A program made the position numbers and the translations under genes. 64,000 bases of DNA from Auanema rhodensis. Lineage: Eukaryota; Animalia; Nematoda. The stretch lies in contig OZ059895.1 in assembly GCA_964057225.1 (NCBI GenBank), forward strand, positions 4,092,001-4,156,000, given 5' to 3'. Shown piece by piece: positions 50,001 through 64,000 of the stretch. Under the pieces are notes generated by a model. The model searched no databases. It was not told where the DNA came from and saw nothing but the letters and a program-made list of their open reading frames with translations. The stretch's first letter is position 1. Every line of letters begins with the position of its first letter.

Positions 50001-53000
50001 TATCAGTTGATATCTCGGTGCATTTTCAAGCTAGCGCAAATCTGATAACACAGATCGACGCAGCTTAAAAATCCGCATCGAATGCACTATACTTCATTGA
50101 GAAACGCTTAATACAAAAATTAGTTATGATTGTTTGAAAAATGATGCATTAGTGTATGTTGAGTTTCCATGTACACTCAACATTGCTTCCAAAAACATTT
50201 TGACAAAAATTTTTTCGAAAAATTTCAAAATAATTTAGCAAAAAGTAGATGTTTTTAGATTCATTTTTTTAAGGCAAAGACGATGGACAATGTTATTCAA
50301 CGAAAAAATTAATTCTTCAGGGTGAAAATCGAGGATATAAGTGTGAACTTATATCAGTTGATATCTCGGTGCATTTTCAAGCTAGCGCAAATCTGATAAC
50401 ACAGATCGACGCAGCTTAAAAATCCGCATCGAATGCACTATACTTCATTGAGAAACGTTTAATACAAAAATAAGTTATGATCGTTTGAAAAATGATGCAT
50501 TAGTGTATGTTGAGTTTCCATGTACACTCAACATTGCTTCCAAAAACATTTTGACAAAACTTTTTTCGAAAAATTTCAAAATAATTTAGCAAAAAGTAGA
50601 TGTTTTTAGATTCATTTTTTTAAGGCAAAGACGATGGACAATGTTATTCAACGAAAAAATTAATTCTTCAGGGTGAAAATCGAGGATATAAGTGTGAACT
50701 TATATCAGTTGATATCTCGGTGCATTTTCAAGCTAGCGCAAATCTGATAACACAGATCGACGCAGCTTAAAAATCCGCATCGAATGCACTATACTTCATT
50801 GAGAAACGCTTAATACAAAAATTAGTTATGATTGTTTGAAAAATGATGCATTAGTGTATGTTGAGTTTCCATGTACACTCAACATTGCTTCCAAAAACAT
50901 TTTGACAAAAATTTTTTCGAAAAATTTCAAAATAATTTAGCAAAAAGTAGATGTTTTTAGATTCCTTTTTTTAAGGCAAAGACGATGGACAATGTTATTC
51001 AACGAAAAAATTAATTCTTCAGGGTGAAAATCGAGGATATAAGTGTGAACTTATATCAGTTGATATCTCGGTGCATTTTCAAGCTAGCGCAAATCTGATA
51101 ACACAGATCGACGCAGCTTAAAAATCCGCATCGAATGCACTATACTTCATTGAGAAACGCTTAATACAAAAATTAGTTATGATTGTTTGAAAAATGATGC
51201 ATTAGTGTATGTTGAGTTTCCATGTACACTCAACATTGCTTCCAAAAACATTTTGACAAAAATTTTTTCGAAAAATTTCAAAATAATTTAGCAAAAAGTA
51301 GATGTTTTTAGATTCATTTTTTTAAGGCAAAGACGATGGACAATGTTATTCAACGAAAAAATTAATTCTTCAGGGTGAAAATCGAGGATATAAGTGTGAA
51401 CTTATATCAGTTGATATCTCGGTGCATTTTCAAGCTAGCGCAAATCTGATAACACAGATCGACGCAGCTTAAAAATCCGCATCGAATGCACTATACTTCA
51501 TTGAGAAACGCTTAATACAAAAATTAGTTATGATTGTTTGAAAAATGATGCATTAGTGTATGTTGAGTTTCCATGTACACTCAACATTGCTTCCAAAAAC
51601 ATTTTGACAAAAATTTTTTCGAAAAATTTCAAAATAATTTAGCAAAAAGTAGATGTTTTTAGATTCCTTTTTTTAAGGCAAAGACGATGGACAATGTTAT
51701 TCAACGAAAAAATTAATTCTTCAGGGTGAAAATCGAGGATATAAGTGTGAACTTATATCAGTTGATATCTCGGTGCATTTTCAAGCTAGCGCAAATCTGA
51801 TAACACAGATCGACGCAGCTTAAAAATCCGCATCGAATGCACTATACTTCATTGAGAAACGCTTAATACAAAAATTAGTTATGATTGTTTGAAAAATGAT
51901 GCATTAGTGTATGTTGAGTTTCCATGTACACTCAACATTGCTTCCAAAAACATTTTGACAAAAATTTTTTCGAAAAATTTCAAAATAATTTAGCAAAAAG
52001 TAGATGTTTTTAGATTCCTTTTCTCAAGGCAAAGACGATGGACAATGTTATTCAACGAAAAAATTAATTCTTCAGGGTGAAAATCGAGGATATAAGTGTG
52101 AACTTATATCAGTTGATATCTCGGTGCATTTTTAAGCTAGCGCAAATCTGATAACACAGATCGACGCAGCTTAAAAATCCGCATCGAATACACTATACTA
52201 CATTGAGAAACGTTTAATACAAAAATAAGTTATGATCGTTTGAAAAATGATGCATTAGTGTATGTTGAGTTTCCATGTACACTCAACATTGCTTCCAAAA
52301 ACATTTTGACAAAAATTTTTTCGAAAAATTTCAAAATAATTTAGCAAAAAGTAGATGTTTTTAGATTCATTTTTTTAAGGCAAAGACGATGGACAATGTT
52401 ATTCAACGAAAAAATTAATTCTTCAGGGTGAAAATCGAGGATATAAGTGTGAACTTATATCAGTTGATATCTCGGTGCATTTTCAAGCTAGCGCAAATCT
52501 GATAACACAGATCGACGCAGCTTAAAAATCCGCATCGAATGCACTATACTTCATTGAGAAACGCTTAATACAAAAATTAGTTATGATTGTTTGAAAAATG
52601 ATGCATTAGTGTATGTTGAGTTTCCATGTACACTCAACATTGCTTCCAAAAACATTTTGACAAAAATTTTTTCGAAAAATTTCAAAATAATTTAGCAAAA
52701 AGTAGATGTTTTTAGATTCCTTTTCTCAAGGCAAAGACGATGGACAATGTTATTCAACGAAAAAATTAATTCTTCAGGGTGAAAATCGAGGATATAAGTG
52801 TGAACTTATATCAGTTGATATCTCGGTGCATTTTTAAGCTAGCGCAAATCTGATAACACAGATCGACGCAGCTTAAAAATCCGCATCGAATACACTATAC
52901 TACATTGAGAAACGTTTAATACAAAAATTAGTTATGATCGTTTGAAAAATGATGCATTAGTGTATGTTGAGTTTCCATGTACACTCAACATTGCTTCCAA

Positions 53001-56000
53001 AAACATTTTGACAAAAATTTTTTCGAAAAATTTCAAAATAATTTAGCAAAAAGTAGATGTTTTTAGATTCCTTTTTTAAAGGCAAAAATGATGGACAATG
53101 TTATTCAACGAAAAAATTAATTCTTCAGGGTGAAAATCGAGGATATAAGTGTGAACTTATATCAGTTAATATCTCGGTGCATTTTTAAGCTAGCGCAAAT
53201 CTGATAACACAGATCGACGCAGCTTACAAATCCGCATCGAATGCACTATACTTCATTGAGAAACGCTTAATACAAAACTTAGTTATGATCGTTTGAAAAA
53301 TGATGCATTAGTGTATGTTGAGTTTCCATGTACACTCAACATTGCTTCCAAAAACATTTTGACAAAAATTTTTTCGAAAAATTTCAAAATAATTTAGCAA
53401 AAAGTAGATGTTTTTAGATTCCTTTTTTAAAGGCAAAGATGATGGACAATGTTATTCAACGAAAAAATTAATTCTTCAGGGTGAAAATCGAGGATATAAG
53501 TGTGAACTTATATCAGTTGATATCTCGGTGCATTTTCAAGCTAGCGCAAATCTGATAACACAGATCGACGCAGCTTAAAAATCCGCATCGAATGCACTAT
53601 ACTTCATTGAGAAACGCTTAATACAAAAATTAGTTATGATTGTTTGAAAAATGATGCATTAGTGTATGTTGAGTTTCCATGTACACTCAACATTGCTTCC
53701 AAAAACATTTTGACAAAAATTTTTTCGAAAAATTTCAAAATAATTTAGCAAAAAGTAGATGTTTTTAGATTCCTTTTCTCAAGGCAAAGACGATGGACAA
53801 TGTTATTCAACGAAAAAATTAATTCTTCAGGGTGAAAATCGAGGATATAAGTGTGAACTTATATCAGTTGATATCTCGGTGCATTTTTAAGCTAGCGCAA
53901 ATCTGATAACACAGATCGACGCAGCTTAAAAATCCGCATCGAATACACTATACTACATTGAGAAACGTTTAATACAAAAATTAGTTATGATCGTTTGAAA
54001 AATGATGCATTAGTGTATGTTGAGTTTCCATGTACACTCAACATTGCTTCCAAAAACATTTTGACAAAAATTTTTTCGAAAAATTTCAAAATAATTTAGC
54101 AAAAAGTAGATGTTTTTAGATTCCTTTTTTTAAGGCAAAGACGATGGACAATGTTATTCAACGAAAAAATCAATTCTTCAGGGTGAAAATCGAGGATATA
54201 AGTGTGAACTTATATCAGTTGATATCTCGGTGCATTTTTAAGCTAGCGCAAATCTGATAACACAGATCGACGCAGCTTAAAAATCCGCATCGAATACACT
54301 ATACTACATTGAGAAACGTTTAATACAAAAATTAGTTATGATCGTTTGAAAAATGATGCATTAGTGTATGTTGAGTTTCCATGTACACTCAACATTGCTT
54401 CCAAAAACATTTTGACAAAAATTTTTTCGAAAAATTTCAAAATAATTTAGCAAAAAGTAGATGTTTTTAGATTCCTTATTTAAAGGCAAAGATGATGGAC
54501 AATGTTATTCAACGAAAAAATTAATTCTTCAGGGTGAAAATCGAGGATATAAGTGTGAACTTATATCAGTTAATATCTCGGTGCATTTTTAAGCTAGCGC
54601 AAATCTGATAACACAGATCGACGCAGCTTACAAATCCGCATCGAATACACTATACTACATTGAGAAACGTTTAATACAAAAATTAGTTATGATCGTTTGA
54701 AAAATGATGCATTAGTGTATGTTGAGTTTCCATGTACACTCAACATTGCTTCCAAAAACATTTTGACAAAAATTTTTTCGAAAAATTTCAAAATAATTTA
54801 GCAAAAAGTAGATGTTTTTAGATTCCTTTTTTAAAGGCAAAAATGATGGACAATGTTATTCAACGAAAAAATTAATTCTTCAGGGTGAAAATCGAGGATA
54901 TAAGTGTGAACTTATATCAGTTAATATCTCGGTGCATTTTTAAGCTAGCGCAAATCTGATAACACAGATCGACGCAGCTTACAAATCCGCATCGAATGCA
55001 CTATACTTCATTGAGAAACGCTTAATACAAAACTTAGTTATGATCGTTTGAAAAATGATGCATTAGTGTATGTTGAGTTTCCATGTACACTCAACATTGC
55101 TTCCAAAAACATTTTGACAAAAATTTTTTCGAAAAATTTCAAAATAATTTAGCAAAAAGTAGATGTTTTTAGATTCCTTTTTTAAAGGCAAAGATGATGG
55201 ACAATGTTATTCAACAAAAAAATTAATTCTTCAGGGTGAAAATCGAGGATATAAGTGTGAACTTATATCAGTTGATATCTCGGTGCATTTTCAAGCTAGC
55301 GCAAATCTGACGCTTAAAAATCCGCATCGAATGCACTATACTTCATTGAGAAACGCTTAATACAAAAATTAGTTATGATTGTTTGAAAAATGATGCATTA
55401 GTGTATGTTGAGTTTCCATGTACACTCAACATTGCTTCCAAAAACATTTTGACAAAAATTTTTTCGAAAAATTTCAAAATAATTTAGCAAAAAGTAGATG
55501 TTTTTAGATTCCTTTTCTCAAGGCAAAGACGATGGACAATGTTATTCAACGAAAAAATTAATTCTTCAGGGTGAAAATCGAGGATATAAGTGTGAACTTA
55601 TATCAGTTGATATCTCGGTGCATTTTTAAGCTAGCGCAAATCTGATAACACAGATCGACGCAGCTTAAAAATCCGCATCGAATACACTATACTACATTGA
55701 GAAACGTTTAATACAAAAATTAGTTATGATCGTTTGAAAAATGATGCATTAGTGTATGTTGAGTTTCCATGTACACTCAACATTGCTTCCAAAAACATTT
55801 TGACAAAAATTTTTTCGAAAAATTTCAAAATAATTTAGCAAAAAGTAGATGTTTTTAGATTCCTTTTTTAAAGGCAAAGATGATGGACAATGTTATTCAA
55901 CGAAAAAATTAATTCTTCAGGGTGAAAATCGAGGATATAAGTGTGAACTTATATCAGTTAATATCTCGGTGCATTTTTAAGCTAGCGCAAATCTGATAAC

Positions 56001-59000
56001 ACAGATCGACGCAGCTTACAAATCCGCATCGAATGCACTATACTTCATTGAGAAACGCTTAATACAAAACTTAGTTATGATCGTTTGAAAAATGATGCAT
56101 TAGTGTATGTTGAGTTTCCATGTACACTCAACATTGCTTCCAAAAACATTTTGACAAAAATTTTTTCGAAAAATTTCAAAATAATTTAGCAAAAAGTAGA
56201 TGTTTTTAGATTCCTTTTTTAAAGGCAAAGATGATGGACAATGTTATTCAACGAAAAAATTAATTCTTCAGGGTGAAAATCGAGGATATAAGTGTGAACT
56301 TATATCAGTTGATATCTCGGTGCATTTTCAAGCTAGCGCAAATCTGACGCTTAAAAATCCGCATCGAATGCACTATACTTCATTGAGAAACGCTTAATAC
56401 AAAACTTAGTTATGATCGTTTGAAAAATGATGCATTAGTGTATGTTGAGTTTCCATGTACACTCAACATTGCTTCCAAAAACATTTTGACAAAAATTTTT
56501 TCGAAAAATTTCAAAATAATTTAGCAAAAAGTAGATGTTTTTAGATTCCTTTTTTAAAGGCAAAGATGATGGACAATGTTATTCAACGAAAAAATTAATT
56601 CTTCAGGGTGAAAATCGAGGATATAAGTGTGAACTTATATCAGTTGATATCTCGGTGCATTTTCAAGCTAGCGCAAATCTGACGCTTAAAAATCCGCATC
56701 GAATGCACTATACTTCATTGAGAAACGCTTAATACAAAACTTAGTTATGATCGTTTGAAAAATGATGCATTAGTGTATGTTGAGTTTCCATGTACACTCA
56801 ACATTGCTTCCAAAAACATTTTGACAAAAATTTTTTCGAAAAATTTCAAAATAATTTAGCAAAAAGTAGATGTTTTTAGATTCCTTTTTTAAAGGCAAAG
56901 ATGATGGACAATGTTATTCAACGAAAAAATTAATTCTTCAGGGTGAAAATCGAGGATATAAGTGTGAACTTATATCAGTTGATATCTCGGTGCATTTTCA
57001 AGCTAGCGCAAATCTGATAACACAGATCGACGCAGCTTAAAAATCCGCATCGAATGCACTATACTACATTGAGAAACGCTTAATACAAAACTTAGTTATG
57101 ATCGTTTGAAAAATGATGCATTAGTGTATGTTGAGTTTCCATGTACACTCAACATTGCTTCCAAAAACATTTCGACAAAAATGTTTTCGAAAAATTTCAA
57201 AATAATTTAGCAAAAAGTAGATGTTTTTAGATTTCTTTTTTTAAGGCAAAGACGATGGACAATGTTATTCAACGAAAAAATTAATTCTTCAGGGTGAAAA
57301 TCGAGGATATAAGTGTGAACTTATATCAGTTGATATCTCGGTGCATTTTCAAGCTAGCGCAAATCTGATAACACAGATCGACGCAGCTTAAAAATCCGCA
57401 TCGAATGCACTATACTACATTGAGAAACGCTTAATACAAAAATTAGTTATGATCGTTTGAAAAATGATGCATTAGTGTATGTTGAGTTTCCATGTACACT
57501 CAACATTGCTTCCAAAAACATTTTGACAAAAATTTTTTCGAAAAATTTCAAAATAATTTAGCAAAAAGTAGATGTTTTTAGATTCCTTTTTTCAAGGCAA
57601 AGATGATGGACAATGTTATTCAACGAAAAAATTAATTCTTCAGGGTGAAAATCGAGGATATAAGTGTGAACTTATATCAGTTGATATCTCGGTGCATTTT
57701 CAAGCTAGCGCAAATCTGACGCTTAAAAATCCGCATCGAATGCACTATACTTCATTGAGAAACGCTTAATACAAAACTTAGTTATGATCGTTTGAAAAAT
57801 GATGCATTAGTGTATGTTGAGTTTCCATGTACACTCAACATTGCTTCCAAAAACATTTCGACAAAAATGTTTTCGAAAAATTTCAAAATAATTTAGCAAA
57901 AAGTAGATGTTTTTAGATTTCTTTTTTTAAGGCAAAGACGATGGACAATGTTATTCAACGAAAAAATTAATTCTTCAGGGTGAAAATCGAGGATATAAGT
58001 GTGAACTTATATCAGTTGATATCTCGGTGCATTTTTAAGCTAGCGCAAATCTGACGCTTAAAAATCCGCATCGAATGCACTATACTACATTGAGAAACGC
58101 TTAATACAAAAATTAGTTATGATCGTTTGAAAAATGATGCATTAGTGTATGTTGAGTTTCCATGTACACTCAACATTGCTTCCAAAAACATTTTGACAAA
58201 AATTTTTTCGAAAAATTTCAAAATAATTTAGCAAAAAGTAGATGTTTTTAGATTTCTTTTTTTAAGGCAAAGACGATGGACAATGTTATTCAACGAAAAA
58301 ATTAATTCTTCAGGGTGAAAATCGAGGATATAAGTGTGAATTTATATCAGTTGATATCTCGGTGCATTTTCAAGCTAGCGCAAATCTGATAACACAGATC
58401 GACGCAGCTTAAAAATCCGCATCGAATGCACTATACTACATTGAGAAACGCTTAATACAAAAATTAGTTATGATCGTTTGAAAAATGATGCATTAGTGTA
58501 TGTTGAGTTTCCATGTACACTCAACATTGCTTCCAAAAACATTTTGACAAAAATTTTTTCGAAAAATTTCAAAATAATTTAGCAAAAAGTAGATGTTTTT
58601 AGATTCCTTTTTTCAAGGCAAAGATGATGGACAATGTTATTCAACGAAAAAAATTATTCTTCAGGGTGAAAATCGAGGATATAAGTGTGAACTTATATCA
58701 GTTGATATCTCGGTGCATTTTCAAGCTAGCGCAAATCTGATAACACAGATCGACGCAGCTTAACAATCCGCATCGAATGCACTATACTACATTGAGAAAC
58801 GCTTAATACAAAACTTAGTTATGATCGTTTGAAAAATGATGCATTAGTGTATGTTGAGTTTCCATGTACACTCAACATTGCTTCCAAAAACATTTTGACA
58901 AAAATTTTTTCGAAAAATTTCAAAATAATTTAGCAAAAAGTAGATGTTTTTAGATTCCTTTTTTCAAGGCAAAGATGATGGACAATGTTATTCAACGAAA

Positions 59001-62000
59001 AAAATTATTCTTCAGGGTGAAAATCGAGGATATAAGTGTGAACTTATATCAGTTGATATCTCGGTGCATTTTCAAGCTAGCGCAAATCTGATAACACAGA
59101 TCGACGCAGCTTAAAAATCCGCATCGAATGCACTATACTACATTGAGAAACGCTTAATACAAAACTTAGTTATGATCGTTTGAAAAATGATGCATTAGTG
59201 TATGTTGAGTTTCCATGTACACTCAACATTGCTTCCAAAAACATTTCGACAAAAATGTTTTCGAAAAATTTCAAAATAATTTAGCAAAAAGTAGATGTTT
59301 TTAGATTTCTTTTTTTAAGGCAAAGACGATGGACAATGTTATTCAACGAAAAAATTAATTCTTCAGGGTGAAAATCGAGGATATAAGTGTGAACTTATAT
59401 CAGTTGATATCTCGGTGCATTTTCAAGCTAGCGCAAATCTGATAACACAGATCGACGCAGCTTAAAAATCCGCATCGAATGCACTATACTACATTGAGAA
59501 ACGCTTAATACAAAAATTAGTTATGATCGTTTGAAAAATGATGCATTAGTGTATGTTGAGTTTCCATGTACACTCAACATTGCTTCCAAAAACATTTTGA
59601 CAAAAATTTTTTCGAAAAATTTCAAAATAATTTAGCAAAAAGTAGATGTTTTTAGATTCCTTTTTTCAAGGCAAAGATGATGGACAATGTTATTCAACGA
59701 AAAAATTAATTCTTCAGGGTGAAAATCGAGGATATAAGTGTGAACTTATATCAGTTGATATCTCGGTGCATTTTCAAGCTAGCGCAAATCTGACGCTTAA
59801 AAATCCGCATCGAATGCACTATACTTCATTGAGAAACGCTTAATACAAAACTTAGTTATGATCGTTTGAAAAATGATGCATTAGTGTATGTTGAGTTTCC
59901 ATGTACACTCAACATTGCTTCCAAAAACATTTCGACAAAAATGTTTTCGAAAAATTTCAAAATAATTTAGCAAAAAGTAGATGTTTTTAGATTTCTTTTT
60001 TTAAGGCAAAGACGATGGACAATGTTATTCAACGAAAAAATTAATTCTTCAGGGTGAAAATCGAGGATATAAGTGTGAACTTATATCAGTTGATATCTCG
60101 GTGCATTTTCAAGCTAGCGCAAATCTGATAACACAGATCGACGCAGCTTAAAAATCCGCATCGAATGCACTATACTACATTGAGAAACGCTTAATACAAA
60201 AATCAGTTATGATCGTTTGAAAAATGATGCATTAGTGTATGTTGAGTTTCCATGTACACTCAACATTGCTTCCAAAAACATTTTGACAAAAATTTTTTCG
60301 AAAAATTTCAAAATAATTTAGCAAAAAGTAGATGTTTTTAGATTTCTTTTTTTAAGGCAAAGACGATGGACAATGTTATTCAACGAAAAAATTAATTCTT
60401 CAGGGTGAAAATCGAGGATATAAGTGTGAACTTATATCAGTTGATATCTCGGTGCATTTTCAAGCTAGCGCAAATCTGATAACACAGATCGACGCAGCTT
60501 AAAAATCCGCATCGAATGCACTATACTACATTGAGAAACGCTTAATACAAAAATTAGTTATGATCGTTTGAAAAATGATGCATTAGTGTATGTTGAGTTT
60601 CCATGTACACTCAACATTGCTTCCAAAAACATTTTGACAAAAATTTTTTCGAAAAATTTCAAAATAATTTAGCAAAAAGTAGATGTTTTTAGATTCCTTT
60701 TTTCAAGGCAAAGATGATGGACAATGTTATTCAACGAAAAAAATTATTCTTCAGGGTGAAAATCGAGGATATAAGTGTGAACTTATATCAGTTGATATCT
60801 CGGTGCATTTTCAAGCTAGCGCAAATCTGACGCTTAAAAATCCGCATCGAATGCACTATACTTCATTGAGAAACGCTTAATACAAAACTTAGTTATGATC
60901 GTTTGAAAAATGATGCATTAGTGTATGTTGAGTTTCCATGTACACTCAACATTGCTTCCAAAAACATTTTGACAAAAATTTTTTCGAAAAATTTCAAAAT
61001 AATTTAGCAAAAAGTAGATGTTTTTAGATTCCTTTTTTTAAGGCAAAGATGATGGACAATGTTATTCAACGAAAAAATTAATTCTTCAGGGTGAAAATCG
61101 AGGATATAAGTGTGAACTTATATCAGTTGATATCTCGGTGCATTTTTAAGCTAGCGCAAATCTGATAACACAGATCGACGCAGCTTAAAAATCCGCATCG
61201 AATGCACTATACTACATTGAGAAACGCTTAATACAAAACTTAGTTATGATCGTTTGAAAAATGATGCATTAGTGTATGTTGAGTTTCCATGTACACTCAA
61301 CATTGCTTCCAAAAACATTTTGACAAAAATTTTTTCGAAAAATTTCAAAATAATTTAGCAAAAAGTAGATGTTTTTAGATTTCTTTTTTTAAGGCAAAGA
61401 CGATGGACAATGTTATTCAACGAAAAAATTAATTCTTCAGGGTGAAAATCGAGGATATAAGTGTGAACTTATATCAGTTGATATCTCGGTGCATTTTTAA
61501 GCTAGCGCAAATCTGATAACACAGATCGACGCAGCTTAAAAATCCGCATCGAATGCACTATACTACATTGAGAAACGCTTAATACAAAAATCAGTTATGA
61601 TCGTTTGAAAAATGATGCATTAGTGTATGTTGAGTTTCCATGTACACTCAACATTGCTTCCAAAAACATTTTGACAAAAATTTTTTCGAAAAATTTCAAA
61701 ATAATTTAGCAAAAAGTAGATGTTTTTAGATTTCTTTTTTTAAGGCAAAGACGATGGACAATGTTATTCAACGAAAAAATTAATTCTTCAGGGTGAAAAT
61801 CGAGGATATAAGTGTGAACTTATATCAGTTGATATCTCGGTGCATTTTCAAGCTAGCGCAAATCTGATAACACAGATCGACGCAGCTTAAAAATCCGCAT
61901 CGAATGCACTATACTACATTGAGAAACGCTTAATACAAAAATTAGTTATGATCGTTTGAAAAATGATGCATTAGTGTATGTTGAGTTTCCATGTACACTC

Positions 62001-64000
62001 AACATTGCTTCCAAAAACATTTTGACAAAAATTTTTTCGAAAAATTTCAAAATAATTTAGCAAAAAGTAGATGTTTTTAGATTCCTTTTTTCAAGGCAAA
62101 GATGATGGACAATGTTATTCAACGAAAAAAATTATTCTTCAGGGTGAAAATCGAGGATATAAGTGTGAACTTATATCAGTTGATATCTCGGTGCATTTTC
62201 AAGCTAGCGCAAATCTGACGCTTAAAAATCCGCATCGAATGCACTATACTTCATTGAGAAACGCTTAATACAAAACTTAGTTATGATCGTTTGAAAAATG
62301 ATGCATTAGTGTATGTTGAGTTTCCATGTACACTCAACATTGCTTCCAAAAACATTTTGACAAAAATTTTTTCGAAAAATTTCAAAATAATTTAGCAAAA
62401 AGTAGATGTTTTTAGATTCCTTTTTTTAAGGCAAAGATGATGGACAATGTTATTCAACGAAAAAATTAATTCTTCAGGGTGAAAATCGAGGATATAAGTG
62501 TGAACTTATATCAGTTGATATCTCGGTGCATTTTTAAGCTAGCGCAAATCTGATAACACAGATCGACGCAGCTTAAAAATCCGCATCGAATGCACTATAC
62601 TACATTGAGAAACGCTTAATACAAAACTTAGTTATGATCGTTTGAAAAATGATGCATTAGTGTATGTTGAGTTTCCATGTACACTCAACATTGCTTCCAA
62701 AAACATTTTGACAAAAATTTTTTCGAAAAATTTCAAAATAATTTAGCAAAAAGTAGATGTTTTTAGATTCCTTTTTTTAAGGCAAAGATGATGGACAATG
62801 TTATTCAACGAAAAAATTAATTCTTCAGGGTGAAAATCGAGGATATAAGTGTGAACTTATATCAGTTGATATCTCGTTGCATTTTCAAGCTAGCGCAAAT
62901 CTGACGCTTAAAAATCCGCATCGAATGCACTATACTTCATTGAGAAACGCTTAATACAAAACTTAGTTATGATCGTTTGAAAAATGATGCATTAGTGTAT
63001 GTTGAGTTTCCATGTACACTCAACATTGCTTCCAAAAACATTTCGACAAAAATGTTTTCGAAAAATTTCAAAATAATTTAGCAAAAAGTAGATGTTTTTA
63101 GATTTCTTTTTTTAAGGCAAAGACGATGGACAATGTTATTCAACGAAAAAATTAATTCTTCAGGGTGAAAATCGAGGATATAAGTGTGAACTTATATCAG
63201 TTGATATCTCGGTGCATTTTCAAGCTAGCGCAAATCTGATAACACAGATCGACGCAGCTTAAAAATCCGCATCGAATGCACTATACTACATTGAGAAACG
63301 CTTAATACAAAAATTAGTTATGATCGTTTGAAAAATGATGCATTAGTGTATGTTGAGTTTCCATGTACACTCAACATTGCTTCCAAAAACATTTTGACAA
63401 AAATTTTTTCGAAAAATTTCAAAATAATTTAGCAAAAAGTAGATGTTTTTAGATTTCTTTTTTTAAGGCAAAGACGATGGACAATGTTATTCAACGAAAA
63501 AATTAATTCTTCAGGGTGAAAATCGAGGATATAAGTGTGAACTTATATCAGTTGATATCTCGGTGCATTTTCAAGCTAGCGCAAATCTGATAACACAGAT
63601 CGACGCAGCTTAAAAATCCGCATCGAATGCACTATACTACATTGAGAAACGCTTAATACAAAAATTAGTTATGATCGTTTGAAAAATGATGCATTAGTGT
63701 ATGTTGAGTTTCCATGTACACTCAACATTGCTTCCAAAAACATTTTGACAAAAATTTTTTCAAAAAATTTCAAAATAATTTAGCAAAAAGTAGATGTTTT
63801 TAGATTCCTTTTTTCAAGGCAAAGATGATGGACAATGTTATTCAACGAAAAAATTAATTCTTCAGGGTGAAAATCGAGGATATAAGTGTGAACTTATATC
63901 AGTTGATATCTCGGTGCATTTTCAAGCTAGCGCAAATCTGATAACACAGATCGACGCAGCTTAAAAATCCGCATCGAATGCACTATACTACATTGAGAAA
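47036..64000 (-). repeat. Same 351-bp satellite in inverted orientation, right array (about 49 monomers including 335-bp variants, runs off the window end)
   Basis: The reverse complement of the left monomer (GAGTTTCCATGTACACTCAA) recurs every 351 bp, starting at ACATTTTGACAAAAA (47036). Confidence 0.99.
55100..63050 (-). repeat. Zone containing 335-bp deletion monomers, often in 3-mer (1037 bp) and 4-mer (1388 bp) units
   Basis: CTGATAACACAGATCGACGCAGCTTAA is shortened to CTGACGCTTAA at about 55310, 56347, 56682, 57719, 58054, 59793, 60830, 62218 and 62905. Confidence 0.92.

Noticed and set aside
55163-62268. Seven 65-aa ORFs as protein-coding genes
   Set aside because: They are satellite monomers whose frame is opened by the 16-bp deletion. 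There is no recognisable domain or gene context.

Overview
AT-rich eukaryotic (metazoan, possibly nematode) satellite heterochromatin. A very homogeneous 351-bp tandem satellite fills 1-38372 (about 109 monomers). The same satellite resumes in the opposite orientation at 47036-64000 (about 49 monomers). The polarity switch is an 8.7-kb island that is itself a giant palindrome: 3949-bp arms at 38373-42321 and 42745-46693 (mirror coordinates sum to 85066), about 10 visible mismatches, and a 423-bp spacer. The island is made of the 3' part of a BEL/Pao LTR retrotransposon, with an uninterrupted RT-RNase H-integrase frame but no gag, protease or 5' LTR. The most interesting hidden element lies downstream of pol in each arm and is missed by the ORF track. 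It is a predicted two-exon gene with its own ACGT-rich/TATA/Inr promoter, a 50-nt GT-AG intron and an AATAAA signal, encoding a 150-aa protein with an acidic helical N-terminus and three BEL-Gag-type Cys/His zinc knuckles. After it come paralogous non-coding modules with apparently conserved hairpin structure, scrambled by three nested short inversions. Higher-order repeats (4, 7, 9, 11 and 21 monomers) and a 335-bp deletion monomer found only in the right array record recent, independent turnover of the two arrays. All alignments were done by eye, so mismatch counts are minimums.
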